Shown piece after piece: positions 31,119 to 39,776 of a stretch of 64,000 nt of DNA. Where the stretch lies: positions 656,785-720,784 of the forward strand of contig JBHLNF010000001.1 of NCBI GenBank assembly GCA_048937405.1, given 5' to 3'. Below the pieces are notes generated by a model. It did not search any database and had not been told where the DNA came from. It was given only the letters and a program-made list of their open reading frames with translations. How positions within the stretch are numbered: the first letter of the stretch is position 1; each line of letters starts with the position of its first letter. A program made the translations under genes and the position numbers. The stretch is from Promethearchaeota archaeon (lineage in GTDB: Archaea > Asgardarchaeota > Lokiarchaeia > Sigyniarchaeales > SOKP01).

Positions 31119-32693
31119 TTATATTAAGCTTGAACCAATTACACTATTATGAGGTTTTTTTCCAATAAGTTTTAATAATGTAGGAACAATATCCGTAATT
31201 TTACAATAGGGAATTTGCTTAAAAGGAATTTCTAAAGAACCACCTATAATTAAAGGAACAACCATGCATTTTCGAAAACCTACATCGTGATCATATAAGT
31301 TTTTGCTTTTATGCTTTCCATGGTGTATACCAAATTTTATAGAGTCATTATTACTAAGGATGATATCTGCACTTCTTGGATTTTTAAAATGGCGTGGTAT
31401 TAAATCGGGATAGACAGGATAATCCAAATGATATGTCGCTTCTAACCATTCTTGATTCGAGTGAAATTTATTATCCAATAATTTACTTGCTGAATTATCA
31501 TTGATAAAACCAAATATATCTATATCATTATTATCTAAGATATAACGTGTTCTATAATCAAACCCATTCCCTTCATACTCAATCTTTCCTGTTACAATTT
31601 TGCCTGTATATTCATCCTTTCTTTTAAAATGAAGTATTCCTTTATTATATGTGTTATTATCGTCTCTATAAATCATAAAATGACACCCCTTAATTTTAAA
31701 TAATTCTTTCAATAAATTTTTCTTCTTTGGACCATAATTCTTAAGTTCTTCAGTGGTAGGACGAATCCACATATTTTTACTATTTAAATTATTCTTCCCT
31801 TTAAAATAAAAAAATCCTACACCAGAATAATAAGCAAGATCCATATTCCCTTTTGAATTTTTGATAGGATGGTAATTGGATAATTTATTTTGTTTTAAAA
31901 AAACTTTTAGATTACCTCTTTGTTGAGCTTTATAATTTCCATGGTCAGAAGTAATTGCTATAGCAGTATCTTCTAAATAACCCATTTTCTCTAAGTTGTT
32001 AGATAAAACTCCAATAACCTTATCAATGTGTAATAAATTCAATTTATATATATTTGAATCGAAACCATACTTATGCATTATAAGATCAGAGGACATAAAC
32101 CACAACAGAGAAGCGATAGGAGGCTCTGAATTTTCAAAGAATTTTTTTGGTTTTTTGAAAACTTCAATTAATTTTTGCGCAATAACAGAATTCGATCTAA
32201 TTAATCTTCTTTTAACACTTGGGAAATAATTTAATAAAAGGTAAAACATTGCGAGTTTTGTTTTTCTCTCAGGATAAATATAATCTGAACCTCTATTAAT
32301 GAACTGCGCAATACTTGCTTTGTTCCCATCTCCTACCATTTCTAGAATTGTCTGACAATTTTTCCCAATATCATTATTAATTTTATAAATTTGTAAATCT
32401 TTAGCAGCATATTCTCTTAATATTGGAGGAGATGTATCTCGATCCATCCAATTAAGGAGGGGAACTCCATGGCATAGTTCTTTTTTATAATTACCGGTGT
32501 AAGTTCCAGTTAATAACGATACTTGAGTAGGATAGGTAATAGGAGGAAAATCGGTAACACAATTTTCTGAATAAATTCCATTTTCCATCAATATTTTTAG
32601 ATTAGGCAGTAACCCCTTTCTAATAAAATCAAAAAAATGTTCAGTCCTAACATCGTCTATGATACAAAGAATAACCCTGTTGATTTTGTTCAT
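31119..32693 (-). CDS. Alkaline phosphatase superfamily enzyme (nucleotide pyrophosphatase/phosphodiesterase type)
   Basis: IIDD, PPITYPTQVSLLTG (Thr nucleophile), DLIMH, TSDHG, C-terminal H, DIVPTL. Confidence 0.85.
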   Translation of the reverse strand: MNKINRVILCIIDDVRTEHFFDFIRKGLLPNLKILMENGIYSENCVTDFPPITYPTQVSLLTGTYTGNYKKELCHGVPLLNWMDRDTSPPILREYAAKDLQIYKINNDIGKNCQTILEMVGDGNKASIAQFINRGSDYIYPERKTKLAMFYLLLNYFPSVKRRLIRSNSVIAQKLIEVFKKPKKFFENSEPPIASLLWFMSSDLIMHKYGFDSNIYKLNLLHIDKVIGVLSNNLEKMGYLEDTAIAITSDHGNYKAQQRGNLKVFLKQNKLSNYHPIKNSKGNMDLAYYSGVGFFYFKGKNNLNSKNMWIRPTTEELKNYGPKKKNLLKELFKIKGCHFMIYRDDNNTYNKGILHFKRKDEYTGKIVTGKIEYEGNGFDYRTRYILDNNDIDIFGFINDNSASKLLDNKFHSNQEWLEATYHLDYPVYPDLIPRHFKNPRSADIILSNNDSIKFGIHHGKHKSKNLYDHDVGFRKCMVVPLIIGGSLEIPFKQIPYCKITDIVPTLLKLIGKKPHNSVIGSSLI

Positions 32694-32805
32694 TATTTTT
32701 CACGATATGTAATATTTTATTTTCATTTCTGAATAGACAAGGGTAAAGATTTATCAATATTTAGTAAATCAAGATTGAAATAAATAGAAATACAATAAAT
32801 AATAA

Positions 32806-32909
32806 TGGAGCCCCCGGTGGGACTTGAACCCACGACCGGCAGATTACAACTGCAGGGCTGTTTGAATAATGAATCACTGTCTGCTGCTCTACCACTAAGC
32901 CACGGAGGC
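32806..32909 (-). tRNA. tRNA-Thr(UGU) with a 29-nt intron at position 32/33 (32850-32878) and encoded CCA
   Basis: Cloverleaf GCCTCCG/CGGGGGC, U73, T-loop TTCAAGT. After splicing the anticodon arm is GCAGA-CTTGTAA-TCTGC. BHB motif: helix GCAG/CTGC with bulges AC^A and AG^T. Confidence 0.92.
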
Positions 32910-33067
32910 ATTTTTTTTTAACTATCTATTTTATATGTAACTATTATAAATTTTTAATTTTGTGGTTTTAAACGTGGTAAATAACCAATCGTAATAATTA
33001 AAAGGTTATTTATCTTTTTGTTGATTAATTAACATATTAATAATTATAGTGCAAATAAGACTTCTGA

Positions 33068-33415
33068 ATGAATAAAATGTTTACAAAAGAAGAAGTAACA
33101 AAATTGGCTTTTAAAATTTATAAGGAGAACCAAAGTGTAGAAAAAAGTGTCTGGAGACTCGCAGAACTTTGCGTGACAATTAATAATAACATCAAGGATG
33201 GATATGATATTAAACCATTAGAAACAGATAATTTAATTCTATTATTAAGAGATGACGTTAATGGGCAACTAATTCTTCCTTCGGAAGGTGAAATTAAAAA
33301 AGTTGCAGATATAATATATCATGAAAATCCTAGTAGAAGTCAGATAGATTGGTATATCGCTGAAAAACAGCTTCTTTTGGAAGAAATAAAGAATATCGTA
33401 AGTCATAGAAATTAG
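33068..33415 (+). CDS. Hypothetical protein with two DUF2934-like repeats
   Basis: EEVTKLAFKIYKEN...WRLAE and GEIKKVADIIYHEN...WYIAE. Confidence 0.7.
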   Translation: MNKMFTKEEVTKLAFKIYKENQSVEKSVWRLAELCVTINNNIKDGYDIKPLETDNLILLLRDDVNGQLILPSEGEIKKVADIIYHENPSRSQIDWYIAEKQLLLEEIKNIVSHRN

Positions 33416-33583
33416 TATCGAATTTTTATATTCATCTAATTACTAGAACTCCACTCTTTGCAGGAGTATCTTTACTTTAGAGTATCAAATTAAATATTAA
33501 AGAATGATTACAGAGTATTATAATAAATACTAGATTAATTATTTATATTAGAAATTAAAATATCATACTTTTATTAGTTTGTA

Positions 33584-36496
33584 ATGCCACCTTCAAAAAA
33601 GAAAAAACAAGATGATAAATCACAAACATCGTTATTTTCATTTGTTGATAACACAGATACAAAGAAGAAAAAGACAACAGAACTAAAAAAGGAATCTAAT
33701 ATTGAGAAAACTGTAGAAAAGAAGCCAACAGATAAGCCGAAAGCAAAAAAAGAAGAGAAGGATAAAGAAAAAACACCCAAATTTGAGGCTAGCTCAGAGG
33801 GGATTCCTTCACACTTATTTTTTCAAGGTAATGATGAAGATTTTGGGTTAAAAGAAGGGAATATCAAATTACCTAATGTTTTACGAGAAAATTTTTCTTC
33901 AAAATATATTCGTTATCTTATTGAAAAAGGAGAAATCATTGAAAATATGGAAAGGGGCATATTACTTGATGTTGATTATGATGGTGGTCAAAATAAAGCT
34001 TATTGTAAATTTTACGATTTAGAAAATGATGAAATAAAAATATGGATTGATACTACAAATCATGAACCGTATTGTATAAGTAAGGAAACGATAGTAGATT
34101 TACAGAATATTATAGAATTAACAGATTATGAAGGTTTTACTAGATTTGAAGAAATAAAGAAAACCGATTTGCTAAAGGACAAAGAAATATCGATGACAAA
34201 AATATATGGAAAAACGCCATCAGATATCGGAGGTTCTGGTACAAATATTAGAAATATTTTAGGTAAGAACAATAAGAAAGCATGGGAAGCAGATATTAGA
34301 TATCATTTAAATTATATTTTCGATAGACAGCTAATTCCAGGATTAATATATTCTATTAAAGATGGTCAAATCAATAAGTTAAGTTTTGAAGAGGATTCAG
34401 AAGAATCTAAAAATATGGCAAATGAATTACGAGATCAGTTTAAAAATGAATCTTCAGAACTTCAAGAATTTTCGGAAAAGTTTTTAGATATTTTTCTTAC
34501 ACCGATTCCAGATGTGAAACGGTTAGCTATGGATATCGAAGTGAATATGGGATCAGAAGATTTTATTATTCCAGATCCTCGCCAAGCAAAACAAGCAATT
34601 ATTAGCATTTCCTTTGTAGCTTCAGATGGATTAAAATTAGTTTATGTTTTAAAAAGGGAAGGATTCCTATTTCATGGACTTCACAAGAAGTTTCCATCAG
34701 ATGCTAAACTTATTTTCTTTAAAAGTGAAAAAAGATTATTAATCGAGACTTTTCGTCTTTTGTGGGAATATCCTATAATTATTACTTTCAACGGAGATAA
34801 TTTTGATCTTAATTACATGTTTCATAGGGCAAATAAATTAAAAATTGATAAAGATTTAAATCCTATCCATATTAAAAGAGGTTTTGGGTTCTTATCAAGA
34901 TCTGATTGTGACTTGAGAAAGGGAATCCATATTGATCTATTTAATTTTTTCTTCAATCGAAGTATTTCTGGATATGCATTTGGAGGCGCTTATGAAAGCA
35001 GTTCATTAAACGCTATTAGTGATGCATTACTGGGGAAAATGAAGTATGAACATGAAGAAGAAATACATGAAATGGAATATGATGTCTTAACGTGGTATAA
35101 TTTAAAAGATTCAATACTTACATTAGAATTGACTCAATTTAACAACTCACTTGTATGGAATTTAATTATATTATTATGTCGAATTACCAAAATGCCTATT
35201 CATGAAACAGTAAGGCGTCAAATATCAACATGGATTCAAAATATTTTTTATTTTGAACATAGAAGAAAAAATTATTTAATACCTCGTAGATCAGAGATAG
35301 CTGAATTAAAAACTGGGGGCTACTCAAAAGCGGTAATTGAAGGAAAAACATTTGCAGGTGCATATGTTGTTCCACCAGTTCCAGGTATTCATTTCGATGT
35401 TGTAGTGATGGATTTTGCTTCACTTTATCCTTCTATTATTAAAGAATATAACCTATCATATGAAACAGTTTTATGTCCGCATAAGGATGATGAAGATAAT
35501 CTTGTAAAAGGAACCCCTTATCATATATGTACTAAAAAAATGGGAATCTTTGCTTATGTAGTAGGATTTTTTAGAGATATCAGAGTTAAATATTTTAAAC
35601 CAAAATCAAGTGATAAAAGTTTAACAGAAAAAAAACGAAGTTATTATCATACGATTCAACAAGCCCTTAAAGTGTTTATTAACGGTTCATATGGTGTATT
35701 TGGCTCTCAGAATTTTCCTCTATTTTGTCTTCCAGTTGCAGAAAGTACAACTTCAATAGGTCAATACTCGATAAAACAAACCATTAAGAAGTCAGAAGAT
35801 ATTGGTGTGAAAGTTCTCTATGGTGATACCGATAGTGTTTTCCTATTAAATCCTACCAGCGATCAAATGAAAATTATATCAGAATGGAGCAAAAGTGAAT
35901 TAGATCTTGATTTAGAAGAGGAAAAAGCATATCAATTTCTTGCACTTTCAGAAAGAAAGAAAAATTATATTGGAATTTATAAAGATACGAAATATGTAGA
36001 TATAAAAGGTCTTGTTGCTAAAAAAAAAAACACACCTGATTTTATTAAAAAGGCATTTAGTGAAATGATCGAAATATTGAAGCAAATCACCAATAATGAC
36101 GAATTTTTAAAAGCTAAAGATAAGATTAAAGAAATTGTAAGGAATAATTTAAAGAAGATTGGAAAACCAGATGCTTTTATATTAGAAGATTATGTGATAA
36201 ATATTGGTTTACAAAAAGATCTTAAGAGTTATACAAAAGTAATTCCCCAACATGTAAGAGCAGCATTAGAATTAAAAGAGGTAACTGGAAAAGAATTTCA
36301 AAAAGGTGAAACCATAAGTTTCATTAAAAGTAAGGGACCTATTGGAGCAAAAGCTATTGAGTTGGCTAAACTCCAAGATATTGATACAAAAAAATATAAG
36401 GATCTTCTAATTTCTGCGTTAGAACAAGTTTTAGATGCTCTAGGTATAACTTATGAAGAGATCAAGGGTATTAAAAAGATGGATGCTTTTTTTTAA
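33584..36496 (+). CDS. polB: Family B DNA polymerase (PolB1-like)
   Basis: Exo DIE and FNGDNFD; FAGA; DFASLYPS; K..NGSYG; YGDTDS; KKNY; PIP-like termini. Confidence 0.95.
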   Translation: MPPSKKKKQDDKSQTSLFSFVDNTDTKKKKTTELKKESNIEKTVEKKPTDKPKAKKEEKDKEKTPKFEASSEGIPSHLFFQGNDEDFGLKEGNIKLPNVLRENFSSKYIRYLIEKGEIIENMERGILLDVDYDGGQNKAYCKFYDLENDEIKIWIDTTNHEPYCISKETIVDLQNIIELTDYEGFTRFEEIKKTDLLKDKEISMTKIYGKTPSDIGGSGTNIRNILGKNNKKAWEADIRYHLNYIFDRQLIPGLIYSIKDGQINKLSFEEDSEESKNMANELRDQFKNESSELQEFSEKFLDIFLTPIPDVKRLAMDIEVNMGSEDFIIPDPRQAKQAIISISFVASDGLKLVYVLKREGFLFHGLHKKFPSDAKLIFFKSEKRLLIETFRLLWEYPIIITFNGDNFDLNYMFHRANKLKIDKDLNPIHIKRGFGFLSRSDCDLRKGIHIDLFNFFFNRSISGYAFGGAYESSSLNAISDALLGKMKYEHEEEIHEMEYDVLTWYNLKDSILTLELTQFNNSLVWNLIILLCRITKMPIHETVRRQISTWIQNIFYFEHRRKNYLIPRRSEIAELKTGGYSKAVIEGKTFAGAYVVPPVPGIHFDVVVMDFASLYPSIIKEYNLSYETVLCPHKDDEDNLVKGTPYHICTKKMGIFAYVVGFFRDIRVKYFKPKSSDKSLTEKKRSYYHTIQQALKVFINGSYGVFGSQNFPLFCLPVAESTTSIGQYSIKQTIKKSEDIGVKVLYGDTDSVFLLNPTSDQMKIISEWSKSELDLDLEEEKAYQFLALSERKKNYIGIYKDTKYVDIKGLVAKKKNTPDFIKKAFSEMIEILKQITNNDEFLKAKDKIKEIVRNNLKKIGKPDAFILEDYVINIGLQKDLKSYTKVIPQHVRAALELKEVTGKEFQKGETISFIKSKGPIGAKAIELAKLQDIDTKKYKDLLISALEQVLDALGITYEEIKGIKKMDAFF

Positions 36497-36564
36497 AAAT
36501 TATTACATATTTTTAATATTCTAAAATTCTAGATTAGAGTTATTCTTAAAAAAAAAAGAATTAT

Positions 36565-37038
36565 TTATATAATTTTGGTTCCACATGCGTCACAAAATTC
36601 TGCCGCTTCCTTCAAAGGTGTCCCACAATTTGGACAAAAATTCTTTTCATCGGTTTGAGTCTTGATGGGATGAATCGGTTCTGGTTCAGGAGATTCATTG
36701 AGATAAACGTCAGTATAAATAGTACTCCAAATTTTTTGAACAGGTAATTTGTCTCCATCCATAGGGCAAGTGCATTTAACTAACATCCAGGGTCCTGACG
36801 GTTTAGCACTTTTCACAGTTGCTTCTCCTCCGCATGTTTGACAACGAAAAATTCCATTACGGAAATGAGACAAATAACGTTCTTTTTGTAATAATGGAAC
36901 CTTAAAAGATCTTTCTTCATGAATTGGACATTTTTGTTTTACTAGAAATTTATCTCCAACAGCTTTTAAAAATGTAATAGCACCTGTTTTTCCACATTTA
37001 GGACAGCTGAACTGTTTACTCTCTTCCATTTGAGACAT
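36565..37038 (-). CDS. Multi zinc-ribbon protein
   Basis: Two repeats of CxxCG...LVKxxCP plus a C-terminal FCPNCG...FCDACG. Confidence 0.8.
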   Translation of the reverse strand: MSQMEESKQFSCPKCGKTGAITFLKAVGDKFLVKQKCPIHEERSFKVPLLQKERYLSHFRNGIFRCQTCGGEATVKSAKPSGPWMLVKCTCPMDGDKLPVQKIWSTIYTDVYLNESPEPEPIHPIKTQTDEKNFCPNCGTPLKEAAEFCDACGTKII

Positions 37039-37298
37039 AGTATTTCATCTTTACTATACTTTTATTATGAAAGAAAAAAATTCCTACTTAAATTCTTATT
37101 GTATTGAAATGAAAGGAGAAAAAATTTTTTTTTAAATTCGTTATGGATCATTTTTTATATTTATTATTAGTTCTTTTCAAATTTTTGCTCCAAATAAATT
37201 TTCTCTTAAGAAACCTTGACTTAATTTTTAAAAAAGGTTTATTTATATAAACAATGTGACTTCTAGATTATAATAAATCTAACGTTCCTGGGATATAT

Positions 37299-38201
37299 TT
37301 GAAAAAAAACAATTTATTATTCATATTTCTTATTTTTCTTATATTTTTAAGTAATTTCTCGTATCTTCTTTATATCAATGGACTTTTTGTAGATGGTTTT
37401 TTAATAGGAAAAAAAAAAAGAATTAATAATTCTTCTATATGTGGAGGGGGATATCTTATGGATACTGAGGCTATTTATTCATGGATTGAGATTAATGAAA
37501 CAGGAACTATTTTAGAGAAAATTTCTGATACGACTTTCAATTACCAGAGTTTACAATTTCCTTGGGATTTTAGAATATATAATAAAAACTATAACAGTTG
37601 TGTTGTAGTAAGTAGTGGTTATTTGGTATTTCCTAGTGGAAACATATCTTCGATGAGCGTGCATATACCTTCATTATACTATCATATTTCTCCTACTATA
37701 GCTTTATTTGGAGATAACTTAACAACTTCAGAGAGTTTTGGAGGGGGAGGAATAGTATATTATAAATTTTTAACATCACCAAATCGCTTAGTAATTGAAT
37801 ATAAAGATGTATATACCTATAATAACTCAAAACCATCATATGTAGGATCTTTTGAAGTAATTTTATTTTTTCAACCTGGTGTTGGTGATATCAAATTTCA
37901 ATATAAAGATGTGCTTAGTATATCTAGTAATCAAGCGGTAGTAGGCTTAGATTATGGAGATAGCGTGCATTTTAATCTCTACAGTGAATTTAATCAAACT
38001 AATCTACCAATTACAGAAAAAGCTATTAAATTTAAATTTGATAAGATGCTTTCAGTTTGTGGAAATGAAGAAAGATATGGTGAAGATGAAACTCCAGAAA
38101 TACCTGGAATGAATCCTGTCTTTTTGCTGCTAATATTTAGTATTATGATATTGAGTGTTATTTATATTCTTGTTAAAAATAAGCTCTACAAATATTTTTA
38201 A
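37299..38201 (+). CDS. Secreted beta-rich surface protein with C-terminal IPG-TM sorting signal
   Basis: Signal peptide; YSWIEI, FEVIL and IKFQY; ends EIPGMN + TM + basic residues. Confidence 0.75.
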   Translation: MKKNNLLFIFLIFLIFLSNFSYLLYINGLFVDGFLIGKKKRINNSSICGGGYLMDTEAIYSWIEINETGTILEKISDTTFNYQSLQFPWDFRIYNKNYNSCVVVSSGYLVFPSGNISSMSVHIPSLYYHISPTIALFGDNLTTSESFGGGGIVYYKFLTSPNRLVIEYKDVYTYNNSKPSYVGSFEVILFFQPGVGDIKFQYKDVLSISSNQAVVGLDYGDSVHFNLYSEFNQTNLPITEKAIKFKFDKMLSVCGNEERYGEDETPEIPGMNPVFLLLIFSIMILSVIYILVKNKLYKYF

Positions 38202-38306
38202 AAGAATAAAGAGAGCTAAGAACTGTTCCCATTTTTTTAAAAAAAAATATATTATATACAAGAAAAAAGGATTATTTTAATTACATAAAATCATTTATCT
38301 CTAAAA

Positions 38307-39392
38307 TTAGAATATTAGTGTAATGAACCCCATTGAATATCCACAGAAAATTGGATTTAAAATATTGTCATCTATCTTGAGGTTTAGGATATCTATAGTT
38401 AAAAATATTAATGCTCCAACAAGTCCAATAATAATTATTTGTGTAATATTATAAGATTGATGTTCAAAAAACCACAAGACTAAAACGCTGATACCTAAAG
38501 ATATTAAAAATCCAGAGATGTATCCAACTAATGTTTTATTTGAAGATTTCGGTAAGTGAACCTTACCAAATTTGAGTCCAAATATGGATGCAGCACCATC
38601 ACCTAAAGTAGCAATTAAAGCTGTAGCAGTAAATACGCCAAATGGAAGAAAAAGTGTGGGAATAAGTGATAAAATCAGTGCTACAGGTCTAGTAAATTCA
38701 TAGATCTCATTCTTTTTTAAGGACTTACCTAAAATATTAGAAATGCATGTTGGGAGTAAGCGATAAATATTTCCCTTATTAAAAATATGTGATAATCGAA
38801 CATAATCTAAAGCTGCAAAAATGATAATTGCTGTGTACCCGACTGTAGTTATTAAAAAAATTCCATACTCTTCTCCCGATATCCCCCAGAATTGATCTCC
38901 ATGCCATATATCATCCCAAATATAGACAGCAAATAACCATAAAAAAATAATAATCACAGCGGGTAATAAGTGAAATGCTTTCCTATGCACATCAGTTTTT
39001 AAAGCAGCTTTCCTATTATATAGATTTTTTGTATCCATTAAAGTAAATTGTTTTATAAATCTTTTAATCGTCCGATTTTCTCTTATTTGAGGATCTTTTT
39101 TTAATTTAAATTGAATTTGGTAATATAAAATAAAAAGTATTAGTAGTGGGGCATAAATACATATGATTTGAAGTGCTAATCCTTGAAAAAATCTTGTCTG
39201 ACTTGTATCTCTAATAAAAAACAATGGATACACAACTCCAGCAACAATCCATAATAGTATTATTAAAAAGGAATTAGTAAAATTATGTTCCTTAGAAAAT
39301 TTCTGTTTTAACTTAATAGCATAATATAAATGTGCTAATCCGTTTCCAATATAAAAAACTGTAACTGGTAGAGTGAAAGCATTATAAACCAT
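38307..39392 (-). CDS. CTP-dependent polyprenol/phytol/dolichol kinase family membrane protein
   Basis: RKAFH, GDGAASIFG..FG, KTLVG and DDN motifs. Confidence 0.8.
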   Translation of the reverse strand: MVYNAFTLPVTVFYIGNGLAHLYYAIKLKQKFSKEHNFTNSFLIILLWIVAGVVYPLFFIRDTSQTRFFQGLALQIICIYAPLLILFILYYQIQFKLKKDPQIRENRTIKRFIKQFTLMDTKNLYNRKAALKTDVHRKAFHLLPAVIIIFLWLFAVYIWDDIWHGDQFWGISGEEYGIFLITTVGYTAIIIFAALDYVRLSHIFNKGNIYRLLPTCISNILGKSLKKNEIYEFTRPVALILSLIPTLFLPFGVFTATALIATLGDGAASIFGLKFGKVHLPKSSNKTLVGYISGFLISLGISVLVLWFFEHQSYNITQIIIIGLVGALIFLTIDILNLKIDDNILNPIFCGYSMGFITLIF

Positions 39393-39488
39393 AGTATAAC
39401 TAAACTAAATTATAGTTTAAAAAATAAGTTATGTAAAATTACTAAGTTTATAACAAAATCAAAATTAAAAAGAAAAATAAAATTAAAA

Positions 39489-39776
39489 TTATAATCCTAA
39501 TAAAAGGATCTCATCAATTGCTTTATGAAGTTTTTTTAAATTGTCTTTTCCAAGAGCTTTATCAACTTGGACTTTTAAATCAAAAGCAGTACTTAAAGCT
39601 GTAAAAAAAGAGTTTTGAAGAACATCATTGAACTGCGATTTTTCTTTTTTTATCTCTTTAAATTCATCTACTCTTCTTAGCATAGCCTCTTCATAATCCT
39701 TATTCGTAATTGTTCTTAGCTCTGCTAATTTACGGATTTTCATCCCATCTTTATCTTCGACTAAATCTTCTGGCAT
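39489..39776 (-). CDS. Hypothetical protein (95 aa), translationally coupled to Tes
   Basis: ATG immediately follows the Tes stop; GGAGG SD lies inside the Tes 3' end. Confidence 0.75.
   Translation of the reverse strand: MPEDLVEDKDGMKIRKLAELRTITNKDYEEAMLRRVDEFKEIKKEKSQFNDVLQNSFFTALSTAFDLKVQVDKALGKDNLKKLHKAIDEILLLGL

Noticed and set aside
15338-32806. Phosphate cluster as a tRNA-integrated genomic island
   Set aside because: No integrase, no duplicated tRNA 3' end seen, and no evident compositional shift.
32806-32909. Reading the tRNA as Tyr(GUA)
   Set aside because: G1-C72 and U73 are Thr-type identity elements (archaeal Tyr has C1-G72 and A73), and the BHB geometry gives a UGU anticodon with a full 5-bp stem.
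32723-32911. 62-aa ORF in the track
   Set aside because: It is a read-through of the tRNA-Thr gene.
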